Source: Vicugna vicugna (lineage: Eukaryota). From it: a DNA stretch of 64,000 nt. The position numbers and the translations under genes are program-made. Below are positions 1 through 13,249 of the stretch, one piece after another. Below the pieces are notes generated by a model. It was not told where the DNA came from. It searched no databases and saw nothing but the letters and a program-made list of their open reading frames with translations. Location: NCBI GenBank assembly GCA_013265495.1, contig MU057999.1, forward strand, positions 434,001 to 498,000, given 5' to 3'. Within the stretch, counting starts at the first letter, position 1. Each line of letters opens with the position of its first letter.

Positions 1-139
1 CCCGGGCCACGTGGCTGAGCGCCCCATGAAGGACCCCAAGGTCTAGACTACAGAGACAAGCATCTCTCAGTCAAGACGTCCCCTTTTGAGTTGATTTATA
101 CTATTTTTGCAGAGGACAGAGATTCTGAATTACTCCCTA

Positions 140-433
<294 letters not shown>

Positions 434-1305
434 CTACTCTCCATTAGAAAGAGAGAGAGGGGAGAGGATAAAAGCCATAGCAAAAAATCCAGCTAGCTCG
501 AGCGGGACAGTCAGCAGGCTGCAGCTCCTGGAGGTGGCCCAGACTGCTGGAATAGGCAAGCCAGGGTCCCTTCAAAGTGAGCTCAAGGCCAGGTTCTCTG
601 GAAGTGGCTGCCTCCAGGGTGACTAAGCACAGCTTTCCTGAGCCCGACATCCAGAGAGATGTATTTTCTTTTTGTCCAGCTTCTATTGAGAAATCTGAGC
701 CTAGCGGGCCAGGAGTGGGCACTCAGACTCCAAGCAGGGGCTGGGGGCGGTTGACCTATCCTGTACACCACAAGACGGCCATGGGAGGCCTAAGGCCACC
801 TGCTAAGGCTGGTAAAACTTCACTGCAGAGGGGAGGACCAGACCCCATCCTGAGCCGCCTCTGCCTGGAGTATCTGCTTCTCGGGCCATCGCTGTCCACC
901 CCGGAGGGCCAGCCTGCCCCGCCTGCCCCTCCCACTTGGCGGCTGGCAGGCCCCGCACGTGCTCCTAGCTGGCCCGCGATTCCAATAAGTCGCTAGTTTT
1001 TTCCAAGAGGAGAGGCTTTCTCTTTGGCCAAGGCTGGCCTGGAACAGACTTGCTGTTGTGTGGGGGACACAAAGGGCTCTCTGTGGGAGGTGGCCCTGGC
1101 AGGGGGTGTGTGCAGGGGAAGGGTGCGAGTGTGAGGGAGCTGGTGAATGGGCTCTTTCTCATCGCCCCTGGGCAGCAACTGCTCGTGCTCCAGGCCCGCT
1201 CTGCCGGCTGCTCCCCAGCTGTCTGAAGTCAGCCAGGCGGGTGCATGAGGGACGGGTGTGGGGGCCCCAGGGACGGGGTCAGAAGCCCAGCCAGACAAGC
1301 TTTCA

Positions 1306-1773
<468 letters not shown>

Positions 1774-4497
1774 GAGCCACCCCAGTCGTCCCATGCAGAG
1801 TGGACAGACAGCCTCCCCACAGCATTAGGCAGCGAGCAGTGGGGAAGGCCTTTTCCACCTGGTGTCCGCAAGACCCTCAAGGGCCAGGGGAGCGGGGCTG
1901 AAGAGGATGAATGTTAGGATGCTTGTTTCTTGCCCAGCCTCACTGTGGCCAAGGCCTTGGGGATCAGCCTGAGCAGTCCTGGCTTCCTAAGGGACAAGTG
2001 CTTAGATAACAGATCTTTAAAAATGCTCTCTTGACCCTTCTCATCAATAGAAGGCTCTTTTTGCGTCTGGAGGCCACCATGACTGAACACACAGCCTCCC
2101 AGGTCCCTGGGCCACTTGGGAGCTGGGTCCCAGCAGCTACCCCCATGTCTCTTTCCGGCCACCAGTGTCAGGCCCTACGCCCACACCTGCCAGCACTGCA
2201 CACTCACGTGTTCTCCCTCCTATTTCGGGTCCCATCACCCCTTGAAGAAACATTTTTAGACGACTGTGGCTAAGGTTAGAGCGGCGAGACAGATGTCAGG
2301 GTTAGAGTCTGGGCTGCAGAATCTGACAAAATAGGCATTCAGATCCTGGCTGCAATGTTTAACCTCCCGGTGGCGGTAAGGCTCAGCTCAATCACGAGGG
2401 TGTCTCTGGCTGCCTCCAAGGCTACACAGGCAGGGCAGAGTGCTGGGCCTGCCATGGGCACTCCCACAAAGATGGCCCGTCCTCTGTCTCTCCTAGAGGT
2501 GACTGCAGCTTACTCGCAGCTCAAAGTGTAAATGTGATCCAAGCACTGGATTTTCTGGGGTGTGGGGGCTTCTCTGGACTCCTGCAATAGCCTGAGCTTA
2601 GGGACAACGTCCTACTGGCCTCTGGCCCTGGTGTCACATCACCCTCAGGGCCCTGTGTCTAGGAAAGGAGCAAAGAACAAGAGGCATGTGGGCTCACAAA
2701 GACCTTCTGGGGCCTTGTGACTCCAAGAGTCAAAGAATAGACTGCCTCAGTTTCACTAGGAATTTTCCCAAGTCCCAGGAGCCCCATAAAAATTTAATTC
2801 CACTTCCGGATCCATCTCCTCAGCACCCATGCCTGTCCTTCCCCTTGTCCCTACCCTTCATCTCTCCCCCTGCAGCCTAAGACTCCCCAGATCTTCTTAG
2901 GATCTAGACTAAAAGAACAGCCTTGCCCGCAGGTCCCAGCAAACAAGCCTCATTTGATCAGCCGAAAGAGACTGGGCTGATGTGTTTCTCTTACAGCTTT
3001 CCAGTAAGAGTTGAGGGGGGTCCCCATTGGAACGTGCAAACTCTCCCCATGCTCCTAAATAGGGCATCTTGGGGTTGCTTCACGAACTTGCTCCCCCTGC
3101 CCCTGGGCCAGGCAGACACAACTGGCATTCTTTGGGGATGACTTAGCTCCAAGAAAGAATAGAGCCTCCTTTCCTTCACCCTTGCTCTCCCTTCCCCTAG
3201 TCCTCCCCTCCCCTCCTTCTTTTTTTTGTTCTGCAAACAGGCCACTTCCTTTCCACGATACTATCTTTTCCTGACAGGGCTCAATAAGGCTGGTCCAAGA
3301 GAAGCAACCACGACTCAGCTTCCGAAACTCTCCCCGGACCGAGCTCTGAGAGGGGAGATAAGGCAGGGGGGCCTGGGAGGTGGAGGCTGGCGAAAACCCT
3401 CAGGCTCCAACCTCTGGTTCCTCCATACCGACGCTGTTGCATCACTCATTTTTCGAGGACAAGGAAAGGCATCTTTCGCCGGAAAAGGCCACACAGTGGG
3501 AAACTGGGTGACTATGTGAAGACTCAGCAGGCGTGAAGAGAACCAGACTTGGAACTTGGGCCACCAGAAGAAGGGAGTCTGCAAGTCCTCAGGTTTCCCT
3601 GGTAGGGTTTCCTGGACCCCCATGGCGGAGATGCAGGGCGTGGGAAACGAAGGGTGTGTGTCAGCTTTTCAGGGGAAGGTGCTGGGCCCAGTGAGAGCGT
3701 CATTTCTAGGAAACCCATTTCTGCAAACTATCTGGGCTTCCTGCCTCTCTCTGGCAGCCTGGCTTCCATTCTTGTCCCTAGAATCCATTTTCTACATGCA
3801 GCAGAAGGGCCTGTTTCAAAAGATAAGCCAAATACCATACTCTAAAGGTCTCCCTTCACGCTCAGAATCAAATTCTTAAGTTCCCCCAGCAGCCTCTCCG
3901 GAGCCTCCACAGAAAGGATCTCGCCTGGACCCAGAATCCTCTCCTACTCCAAGCTCTGGCCACATGGGCCACACAGAAAAACATGAAAGGCAATGAATGG
4001 GAGGGACAGGGCAGTCCGACCCGGGTGTAGGACGGGAGAGGTCTCTAAGGAGGCTCTCTGGTCCTTCCTGCCTCCAGTTCAGAGTGCCTCCAATAATCCC
4101 CAAAAGCAAACATGTCTACTTGTTTTTAAAAACCTCCAGAGGAGGGCCCACCTTCTCCCCACTTAACATGGAAACAGTTTGGCAGTGATTTCCAACCCTT
4201 GTCTTTGCAAGTTCTTTCTGAAACCTAATCTTTCACCTCCTGCTGTAATTCATAGCCTCTAAGAACCCCAGCTACTGGACTGCTACAGCCAATCAGACAA
4301 TGGTGTCCATCTCTGAACTAAAGCAAAGGATGCTGCCGAGTTCTCACATGTGACCCTGGCTAAATCCCCTTCTCCTCCAGCATTGGCTCCCATCCTGGGA
4401 GGGAGAGGGTAGCACCAGCCTTCCTCTGGGGCTCTCCACCCAGGGAGGACTATACTGGAAGGAAGCCAAAGGCTTGAAAGATGGAGGTGGGAAGTTA

Positions 4498-5610
<1,113 letters not shown>

Positions 5611-6538
5611 ATACTCGTGGAGATTTACTGTGCCTAGAGAAAGACTCCAGTAATCTAGAAGGTAATCAACCAGGAACCACAGCCCCCTGCAGTCAGCTTC
5701 CCATCAAAGAGCCAGATAAGAGACTCCAGGGCAGGTCTAGCTCAGATTTAACCACTGAGATGTCCAGTCCAGGGGTGGACAGGGCCCCAGTTTATTGGCA
5801 GGTGATAAAGAATGAGTCCAGCCCAGCAGAAGCCCTAGGCAAACAGCCCCCAGGATGCTCTAGGGTGAAGCACGTCTGAGCCCCAGCCCGTGCACAGCTA
5901 ACTCCCCATGAGCCCTCCTGTCATGGGATGACCTTGGTAGTCACTCTGCAAGGTGAACAGGAAGAAGGAGAAAATGCATCTGGATCGGTGAATAAAGGAT
6001 AAAAGAAGAGTGACTACAATAGGACAATGGTTTTGTGAGGCAAGGCAAAAAGGTGCCACCCATTAAAGTTTGTGGGCCAGTCACACAATCTGTGTGCTGA
6101 CAGTAACCACATAGGTGCTCCAGGAAAAAGAGAATGTGGCCCAATGTCTTCGGTTTTATGATTACCACCCCCAGCCATGCACACACTTGCTCCTTGGAAG
6201 TGCCCTGATGATCCTCTAGGCACCCAGGGGATCTTGACATGAGTAACATCCACTTAAGTCAAATGAAGGTGTAAGGGAGTAAGGCGGAGGCTCTTGGTTG
6301 CAGCGATCTGGGGCTGGGGGCTGGGGGCTCTGAGCCTAAGAGGCAGGGAGAGAACCCCTGAAGAAGGTGTTCCCTTCTGAGCCTGGGCTCCCAGTGGCTC
6401 ATGGCCTGGAAGTTTGCCCACCTCACCCGGCTTCCTTTCCATAGCCTCCTCCAACACAAACCTCCAAACTGGGATTCAGGGAAGACCAAACAAAACCCAC
6501 ACCTCCACAGGTCCTGTGTGCACGGGAGGACAGTGGCT

Positions 6539-6898
6539 GGAATGCAGCCCCTCCTCTGCCACAAAATTAGCCCTAGTGCCCGGCTCCAGTTAGGGTCTGG
6601 CTGGTTGGCAGAGCAGCCATTCCCAACGCACTCCCTCCTCCCAGCTGCCCAGAACTGGGGAGGCGATGAGTCTGGAGGGCATCTCAGTACCCATCCTTTA
6701 CCGCACCCCATCATGACCCTCCCCCCCCCACACACACACAAGGAGGGGAGATGCAAGACTCTAGAACTACCAGAGGCAAAACAAATAGGGGATCAATTCA
6801 CCCTAGCTTTTCATCCACAGGGCATTTCCTAAATTAATCACTGTCTGGGCTCACTCCGGCTGGGGAGGACCAGGAATGCAGCTTTCCGGACACATTCC
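6539..6898. promoter_or_regulatory. TEAD (MCAT) motif cluster in intron 1
   Basis: GGAATG 6539-6544, CATTCC 6618-6623, GGAATG 6873-6878, CATTCC 6893-6898. AMOTL2 is an established YAP/TAZ-TEAD target. Confidence 0.65.
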
Positions 6899-7875
6899 AA
6901 TCCCCCTCCCCCCAACAGTGTGCCTGGGAGCAAGGAACACCTCCTCGACCTCTCATCCCGCGTGCGTCCGGGTCAAGCCGGTCAGATGCACGTTCTTTCA
7001 GCTGAGCCGTTACAAAAAATCTGTGCCGCGGAACCCGGTGATGCACACCTGCTGCCCTAGCGCGCCCGTCTCTCTGAACAACCCCTACCCCATCACCACC
7101 TCTTCTAAGCAAGTACACAACTCCTGCCTTTGCCTGGGCTCACGCTCGCCTAAGGAAGCAAAGCGAGGGTCTCTTATGTCAGATCACACCCGAGCCAGGG
7201 ATCCCGCCCTACCCGGCCTCCAGGCTGACCACGAGCACCCGGTGCCCGCCGCTGCGCCTGGAGCGGGTGGACGAGGATAGCCCGCGGTCCGGAGAGGTCT
7301 TTAAGCGTCGTGGGTCCGCCTCCCACCCTCCCTCCCGAGCCCTCTTTGTTTTCCAAATGCTCCAGCGCTGACGTCACCGGTCTGGACGGCAGGCTGCATT
7401 CTTTCTAAGTGAGAGCCAGACCGTGGCTCCAGAGAGGATTTTCCAAGGAAGACAAAGAGGAATTCTTGGGCTAGCTGGGGGGCAAAGACACCTGTAACCC
7501 CCACCCAACCAAATCAGCCCCCAGGGCCCTGCAACTTGAGGTCCAAGCCGCGCCTCCTGGTCAGTTTCGCGTCCCTCTCTCCCGGACTCACGACCCCAAA
7601 CACCCACTCCGCTCTCCCCAAGGCTGCCCCCTCTTCCAGCCACAGCGGCTTCGCGCGCCTTCGAGAGACCCTAGGCGCCCGGCGCGGCGCCCCCAGCTGA
7701 AGCGGCCCTTGCCCGCTTCGCGGCTGCGGGAAAAGGCGCGCTGCGCCTGGAGGACGTTCGGTCGTCCGGGTTCGCGCTCCCGGAAAAGGCCGGGCTGCGC
7801 CGAAGCTGGGGCTTCGGCCGGGGCGCGGCTCTGCGGCCCCGAGCGCTCCCCAAAGCGCCGAGCGGCCTTCCTTAC

Positions 7876-8110
7876 CGCTGCGGCCCGCGGGCGCTCGGCG
7901 CGGTCAGACCCGACGACCCGGCTCGGCTCGGCTTAACGCGGCGGCGGAGGTGTGCTCTCGGCAGTGGCGCCGACGCTCTGGCCGCTCGGGCCCCAGCGCG
8001 CAGCCCCAGGGTCGGCCCGCGCCGGAGGCGGCTGCTATGCCAGGAATGCGAGAGTTTCAGGTTCCCCCTCGGGATCAAAGCGAACCACAAATAACCTCGC
8101 AGCGCGCCGC
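7876..8110 (-). other. AMOTL2: Probable AMOTL2 non-coding first exon (1a); 5' end approximate
   Basis: Strong donor GCG|gtaagg (GT at 7875-7874) inside the CpG island; no minus-strand ATG in the exon. The TSS cannot be fixed from sequence. Confidence 0.7.
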
Positions 8111-8295
8111 CCTCCTCCGCCCTCTGCCTCCTCCCTCTCCCTCCTCCCCGCCCCCGCCTTCCTCCGGGGAGGAGGCGCTGCGGACCCGGCCGCCCGGGCC
8201 CTCCTGGACGCGTTGGGCCCTTCCCCGCCGCTGCCCCAACCCCGGCTCTGTCTTCACAGCTGCTGGGGAAGAATGAATGCAACCTGGCCCCTTAC

Positions 8296-8420
8296 CGCTC
8301 CCTGCTCCGTCCCTGCCTTCCTCTCACTCCTTCAGCCCCATCGACGGGGCGACACAGAGGGATGTACATCGCATGTCCCGGAGGGACTCTGGGTGTTGCT
8401 GCGGGACGGGGATGGAGTTG
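8296..8420 (-). other. AMOTL2: Candidate alternative first exon (1b); 5' end approximate
   Basis: Second GCG|gtaagg donor (GT at 8295-8294); ATG at 8369 is in frame with AMOTL2 if spliced to 5293. Confidence 0.4.
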
Positions 8421-8436
8421 GGAGGGCTTGGGTGTC

Positions 8437-8487
8437 TGTGTGTGTGTGTGTGTTTGGGGTGTGTGTGTGTGTGTGTGTGTGGTGTGT
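8437..8487. repeat. Interrupted (GT)n microsatellite in the promoter
   Basis: Two GT runs separated by ttgggg. Confidence 0.95.
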
Positions 8488-8727
8488 ACAGGGAGGGAAG
8501 ACTGCAAAGCTGTCCACATCTGCCAGGCCTGGACCGTGCCCTCCGTGAAAAGATGATTTTTACTTCCAGCACCGAGCGGCTTCACTAACCCCCACTGCTT
8601 TCACCAGCGGCAACCTTTGAATTGCACTTTTATTGTTTACAAACACCTTTGCCAGCTCTTTGCGAATCTGTCACCACAGGAAGTGTGAATCTGGGTTGAA
8701 AAATCTGGTTAATTTGACCCACCTCAC

Positions 8728-8842
8728 CCCCTGAATCACTCGTCGCCAGGCGCCCTGTCCAGCTTTTCTGGAAGAAAGTAGTAATGGGAGCCCCTTCACG
8801 CAGGGTGCGCGGTGTGCCACCACCCGCTTTTCTCCAAGTCAT
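8728..8842 (-). other. AMOTL2: Candidate upstream first exon (1c), ATG to donor
   Basis: MTWRKAGGGTPRTLREGAPITTFFQKSWTGRLATSDSG resembles my recollection of the N-terminal extension of the longest human AMOTL2 isoform. Donor GG|gtgagg with GT at 8727-8726. Confidence 0.5.
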
Positions 8843-8879
8843 CCCATTCTGCCCTTCCAGTCGTCTGCCCAGGGATTTC

Positions 8880-9030
8880 TGTTATCATCCCTGTTATACA
8901 TGAGGAAACCAAAGCTCAGAGAGGTTAATTAGCTTGCCCAGGGTCACCCAGAGAGAAAGTGAAGCCAAGTAACCAGTGTGCTGCTCAGTTTCTCATTCCC
9001 AAAATTTGTCCCTGACCACCAGAATCCTGG
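8880..9030. mobile_element. MIR fragment
   Basis: 'catgaggaaaccaaagctcagagaggttaattagcttgcccagggtcac' MIR core. Confidence 0.7.
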
Positions 9031-9645
9031 CTCTTTAGGTGGACAGGACAGACTCTGGGAGCCCTCGTCTCTTGATCTATCTACTCTCTGTTCTGATTTC
9101 TTCATTTTCCTCCACACCTCTGCCGACCAGGGGCTCTCCCTTACGTCCACTTCTGTTGTTCAGGCTGTTCCTCTTCTGGATGAAATTCTCTCTTTTGTCC
9201 TGGGACCCTTCCCCCTTAGTCTTCACACTAGGCTGGTCCATCTGTGCTGGTGGAAACTCCTTCAGAAAGCCTGCTCTGACAGACCCTTTCCACATACACC
9301 CATGCCCCTCCCACACACCGTGCGCCATTCCTGGGCCCCCAGCACCCCAGTGTGCACCACACTGGGCCCCTCAATGCCTCCATGTGTGAGACCCAAACCC
9401 CTGTCTATCAGGACAGCAGGAGAGTCAGGGCTGACTTCTACCCCAACTGGGTCCTCTCCACCCCCTGTCACCATGGATTTCCAATTCCCAGATCCGCTGG
9501 AGGGGACCAGGGACAAGAAAACTTTGTGAGTTCAAAGAGCTGTTTACTAGCCAGAGGCATTGTTAATTTTTAATAAAGCCCTCCCCCAGAATGTGTGTAG
9601 ATATGTGTGTGATTTCTTTGGAAGCCAGATCTTGCATTTCAAATA

Positions 9646-10240
9646 CAGCCATATCTTGTTTCACTCTGCTACGCTTTATTGCATTTCACAGATACTGCAT
9701 TTTTTACTAGTTGAAGGTTTGCAGCAACCTTTCATTGAACAAGTTATTGGTGTCATTTTTCCAGGGAACTCTGCTTACTTTGTGTTTCTGTGTTACATTT
9801 TGGTAATTCTAGTAGTATTTCAATTTTTTTTCATTTTTAAAATTATATTTGTTTTGGTCATCTGTGATTTTTTAATGTTAACTATTGCAAAAAGATTAGG
9901 ACTTGCTGAAGGCTCAGATGAGGAGCAATAGAGTTGTGTGTTTTGTTTTGTTTTGAGAATAGAAAAGGAATTTATTAGGTTACGCTACCATAGACAACAG
10001 AGAACAGTGGGCCACACAAACAAGAGGTGCCTGTGTGAGCCTAGAGTATTTTTAAAATAAGGTATGTACATTACTTTTTAGACACAATGCTATTGCATAC
10101 TTAATAGACTGCAGTATAGTGGAAACATAATTTTTATATACACTGGGAAACCAAAAAATTTGTGCGACTTGCCTTGTTGCAATATTCACTTTGTTGCAAA
10201 AGTCTGAAACCAAACCTGCAGTATCTTCAAGGTATTCCCG
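9646..10240 (+). mobile_element. Internally deleted Tigger1-type DNA transposon
   Basis: TA then cagccatatcttgttt at the left end, caaggtattcccg at the right end (degenerate Tigger1 TIRs); internal 'gctgaaggctcagatg' and 'cactgggaaaccaaaaaatttgtg'. Confidence 0.8.
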
Positions 10241-13200
10241 AAGCGATCGGCTGAAACCAGCTAGACAATAAGTCACTTGTGCCAAGCAACAGGCTATTTG
10301 GCCATTCAAGGATCACCTCTCAATGAGAAGCTAGGGCCAATATGCCACTGTTCCGACTAGATATTCTAGGTCACTAGGTAGGAATTTCAGAAATGAAACA
10401 GAAGAGCAAAGAGGTCCTCAGATGGCTTTACTCTGTGGACAGCATTCTTCTTGGAAATGCTTGGTTGGAGGTGTGAGAGTGGGTGTGGGCGTGTGCACTT
10501 GGGTTGCAAAATCCGGGAAAAGGTCTCACAGTACGATTCTCTGTTCAGGGGCATGTGGCGGGACACTGGTTACAATGTTTGGCAAACATCCTTGAGCTGG
10601 TTGCAGACAGGGGCTGCCTCAAGGTGGCTAGAGTCAGGGGGTACATCTTGTAGTGGGCAAGCCTGCTGCAGACCTCAAAGGGACCCCATGACTGCCTATC
10701 TCTGCGTTCCAGAGACAGAAGGGGGAGGGGGCTCCCGAAACCGGATGGGAAATTTACACACATTTTCCCTCTTCTTCTTGTTCCCTCCTCTCTGGATGGA
10801 GGGCAGGGCCTCCCAGGCAGGGCAGGGCCAGGGGCCTCAGTGGACCCTGCCTGAGCTGGCAGCCACACCAGGGTAAGAGGGTCATCACAGCTCACGTGTG
10901 CCAGATCAAGTGTGCACAGATGGGCACTGGGCTGGCCAGCCTGCTAGCACATGCATTTGCTTCACTCACAGCAGGGGAAGAGAGGCTCACCCAGTAGATC
11001 TGTGTTGTCTACCTCCAACATTTTCCCTCTCTGTCCACCTTGCTCCCCTCTTCCTTCCCAGGTGACAGTGTGGCTGGCTGGGCCTGGAATCCTGCCCAGG
11101 AAAGATGCAGAGGTGACCCAGTTCTCAGAGTAAGCAGACTTGATGCCTTTGCTCTGGAGAGTGCAGCTCCCAGGGGCGTGGTTGCATCATAGGTGTGTAT
11201 GTGGCTGAGCAAGGGATCCAGCCACCCACACCCTCATTCCCTCTTAGCCTGGGCCCGGGCTCAGGCCTGGGTCTGTGCCTGTGATGTGGCCTCAGTCTGG
11301 CCCTGCAGCTGTGCCCTCACTGCACCCAACAGGAAATCAAGGCCACTTCTGAGCTAGGCCTAGCAGCCCTCCCTCCCCCATGGAGCTGGGAGGGGAAAGG
11401 CCCCTTTACTTCCCAAATGGTTGATTGGTAGAGGGGGAGCTCCGGGGCCCAAGTGGCAACATCAAAGGCAGACTCTGCTAGTTGTGAAATTCTCCCTTCT
11501 AGCCTCCCCTGGACACGGCCTTTGACAGTTTATGGGACACAGGATGCCCACTGGAATCCGGAGCAGGAAGCAAATCCACAGGAAGAGCCTGGATACCAGG
11601 ATGGAAGATTCCACCTCTACTTCCAAGTGTCAAGCTGGGGGCCTGCTTTTCTTTGTCCTTTTGCGAGTCCCCATGGTGCACTCTCTGAACCCTTCTCGGC
11701 CCTCCTTTCAGGTTTTCCCCCAAGTCTCTCCTTCCAGCACCACCCCTCTCTCCACTGCAGGCATTGGGGCCTGAATCTCTATCAGGCTGCTTCACAGGCT
11801 CTGTGTCTTTCAGGGAGTTAATTCCACCAGAGTCGGAGTGTTTTTGGAATTAGGCTTCACAATGATTGAGGTAAGAGAATGTCATCCTAAAATATGAAGG
11901 AGCCTTTACTTTCCAGACTGCACACATCCCTTGAGCCTCACTCTGTGCCCCTTGGCTTCTGATGCTCCCACAGGCCCAGGGCCAGGATGATTCCTGCGGA
12001 CATGAAGTCCCATCAGGGAGGGAGCTCTGAACACTGCTCCTATCTCCTCCCACTGCTTTAAACCTCAGGAGCACACCCCTCCCTATATTCTCATCTGGGC
12101 AGCCATCAGGCTGGGGAAGGGAACAGGGATGGAAATCTCAGAACTGGCATATTAGAGGCAGGAAAGGAGGGAAGGTCATTTTGAAATATCAACTTAGCCC
12201 CAAGCACCTGCCTCTTCCGCAGAGCTACCCTGTACTGAGCGGGTTCTGATTTGGGGGATGTGCACTGCTGCTTGGAAAGACCCTCTGCTCCCGGCAAGAG
12301 GTCCCAGGGAACGTGAGGCAGTTCCAGGGTTTGCAAGACTCCTTGCAGAAAAGAGCCCGGGGCAGGTGTCTGAGGCGGCTGGGGCAGGGCCAGTGTGATG
12401 GAAGAGTGCCCCCTAGCGAGCCTCATCCTTAGGCTGCTAGGGCCAGCTCCGCCCAGGGCTCCCAAGGTGGACCTGGGGTTCCCGAGGGGTTGGGGAGGGG
12501 GTTTGTTTGGGACAGAATTTCATCTGAGGGATACCTCTCTCCCAGGCCCCTCCAAGAACGGACTAATGTCTCCTGTCATGTTTCTCAGCTTTCCTCGCAT
12601 TTCAGCCTCTCCTAGGCTTTCCCTTGTTCTTCAAAGAGATACCACCTTTAACACAAACATTGACATTGAGGAAACATCTGTCATTTACTCACCTATTCGC
12701 CCTTTCATGCATTTCTTCTGTCTTGTATTTCATGTATTAGTTCAATAAGTTTTTCCTGAGCCCCAGCTCTAAGCCAGACCTGGTGACTCTAAGAGGGGTC
12801 TCCATCCTTGCAGAGCTCACAGATCACAGGGTGCAGGGGAGAAAATGTAGAGAGCTTCACACTAGAGGAAGGAAGTATGGGCATAGAGAGGGAATCCTGG
12901 CAGGCTTCCACTAGGAGATGCTTCTCAAGCTGAGTACTGCAGGCCAAGATGGGCTGTGAGCCTGGCATCTGGAGAACTTGCACTAGAAGCACAGATCCCC
13001 CTGGCTCACTAAAACAGAAGCAGGATGTGTCAAGCCATTCACAGGTGGCTTCTGATCTCCAGCCACTCATATGTCCCTGTCCTGGAGTAATTCTGGGACA
13101 GAAGGACTCCCAGGGGACACAAGGAAACTTTGGGGGCTGCTACATACATTTCCTGTCTTGATTGTGGTGTGCAGATGTCCACATGGATCAAATTGTGTAC

Positions 13201-13249
13201 TTTAAATCAGTGTTGTTTACTGTAAGTCTGGTATACCTCCATAAAAAAG

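Larger units (their letters stand above)
7150..8420. promoter_or_regulatory. CpG island / AMOTL2 promoter
   Basis: Very high GC and CpG density; GC box ccccgccccc near 8145-8155; TEAD motif GGAATG 8043-8048; full CRE TGACGTCA 7369-7376. Confidence 0.9.
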
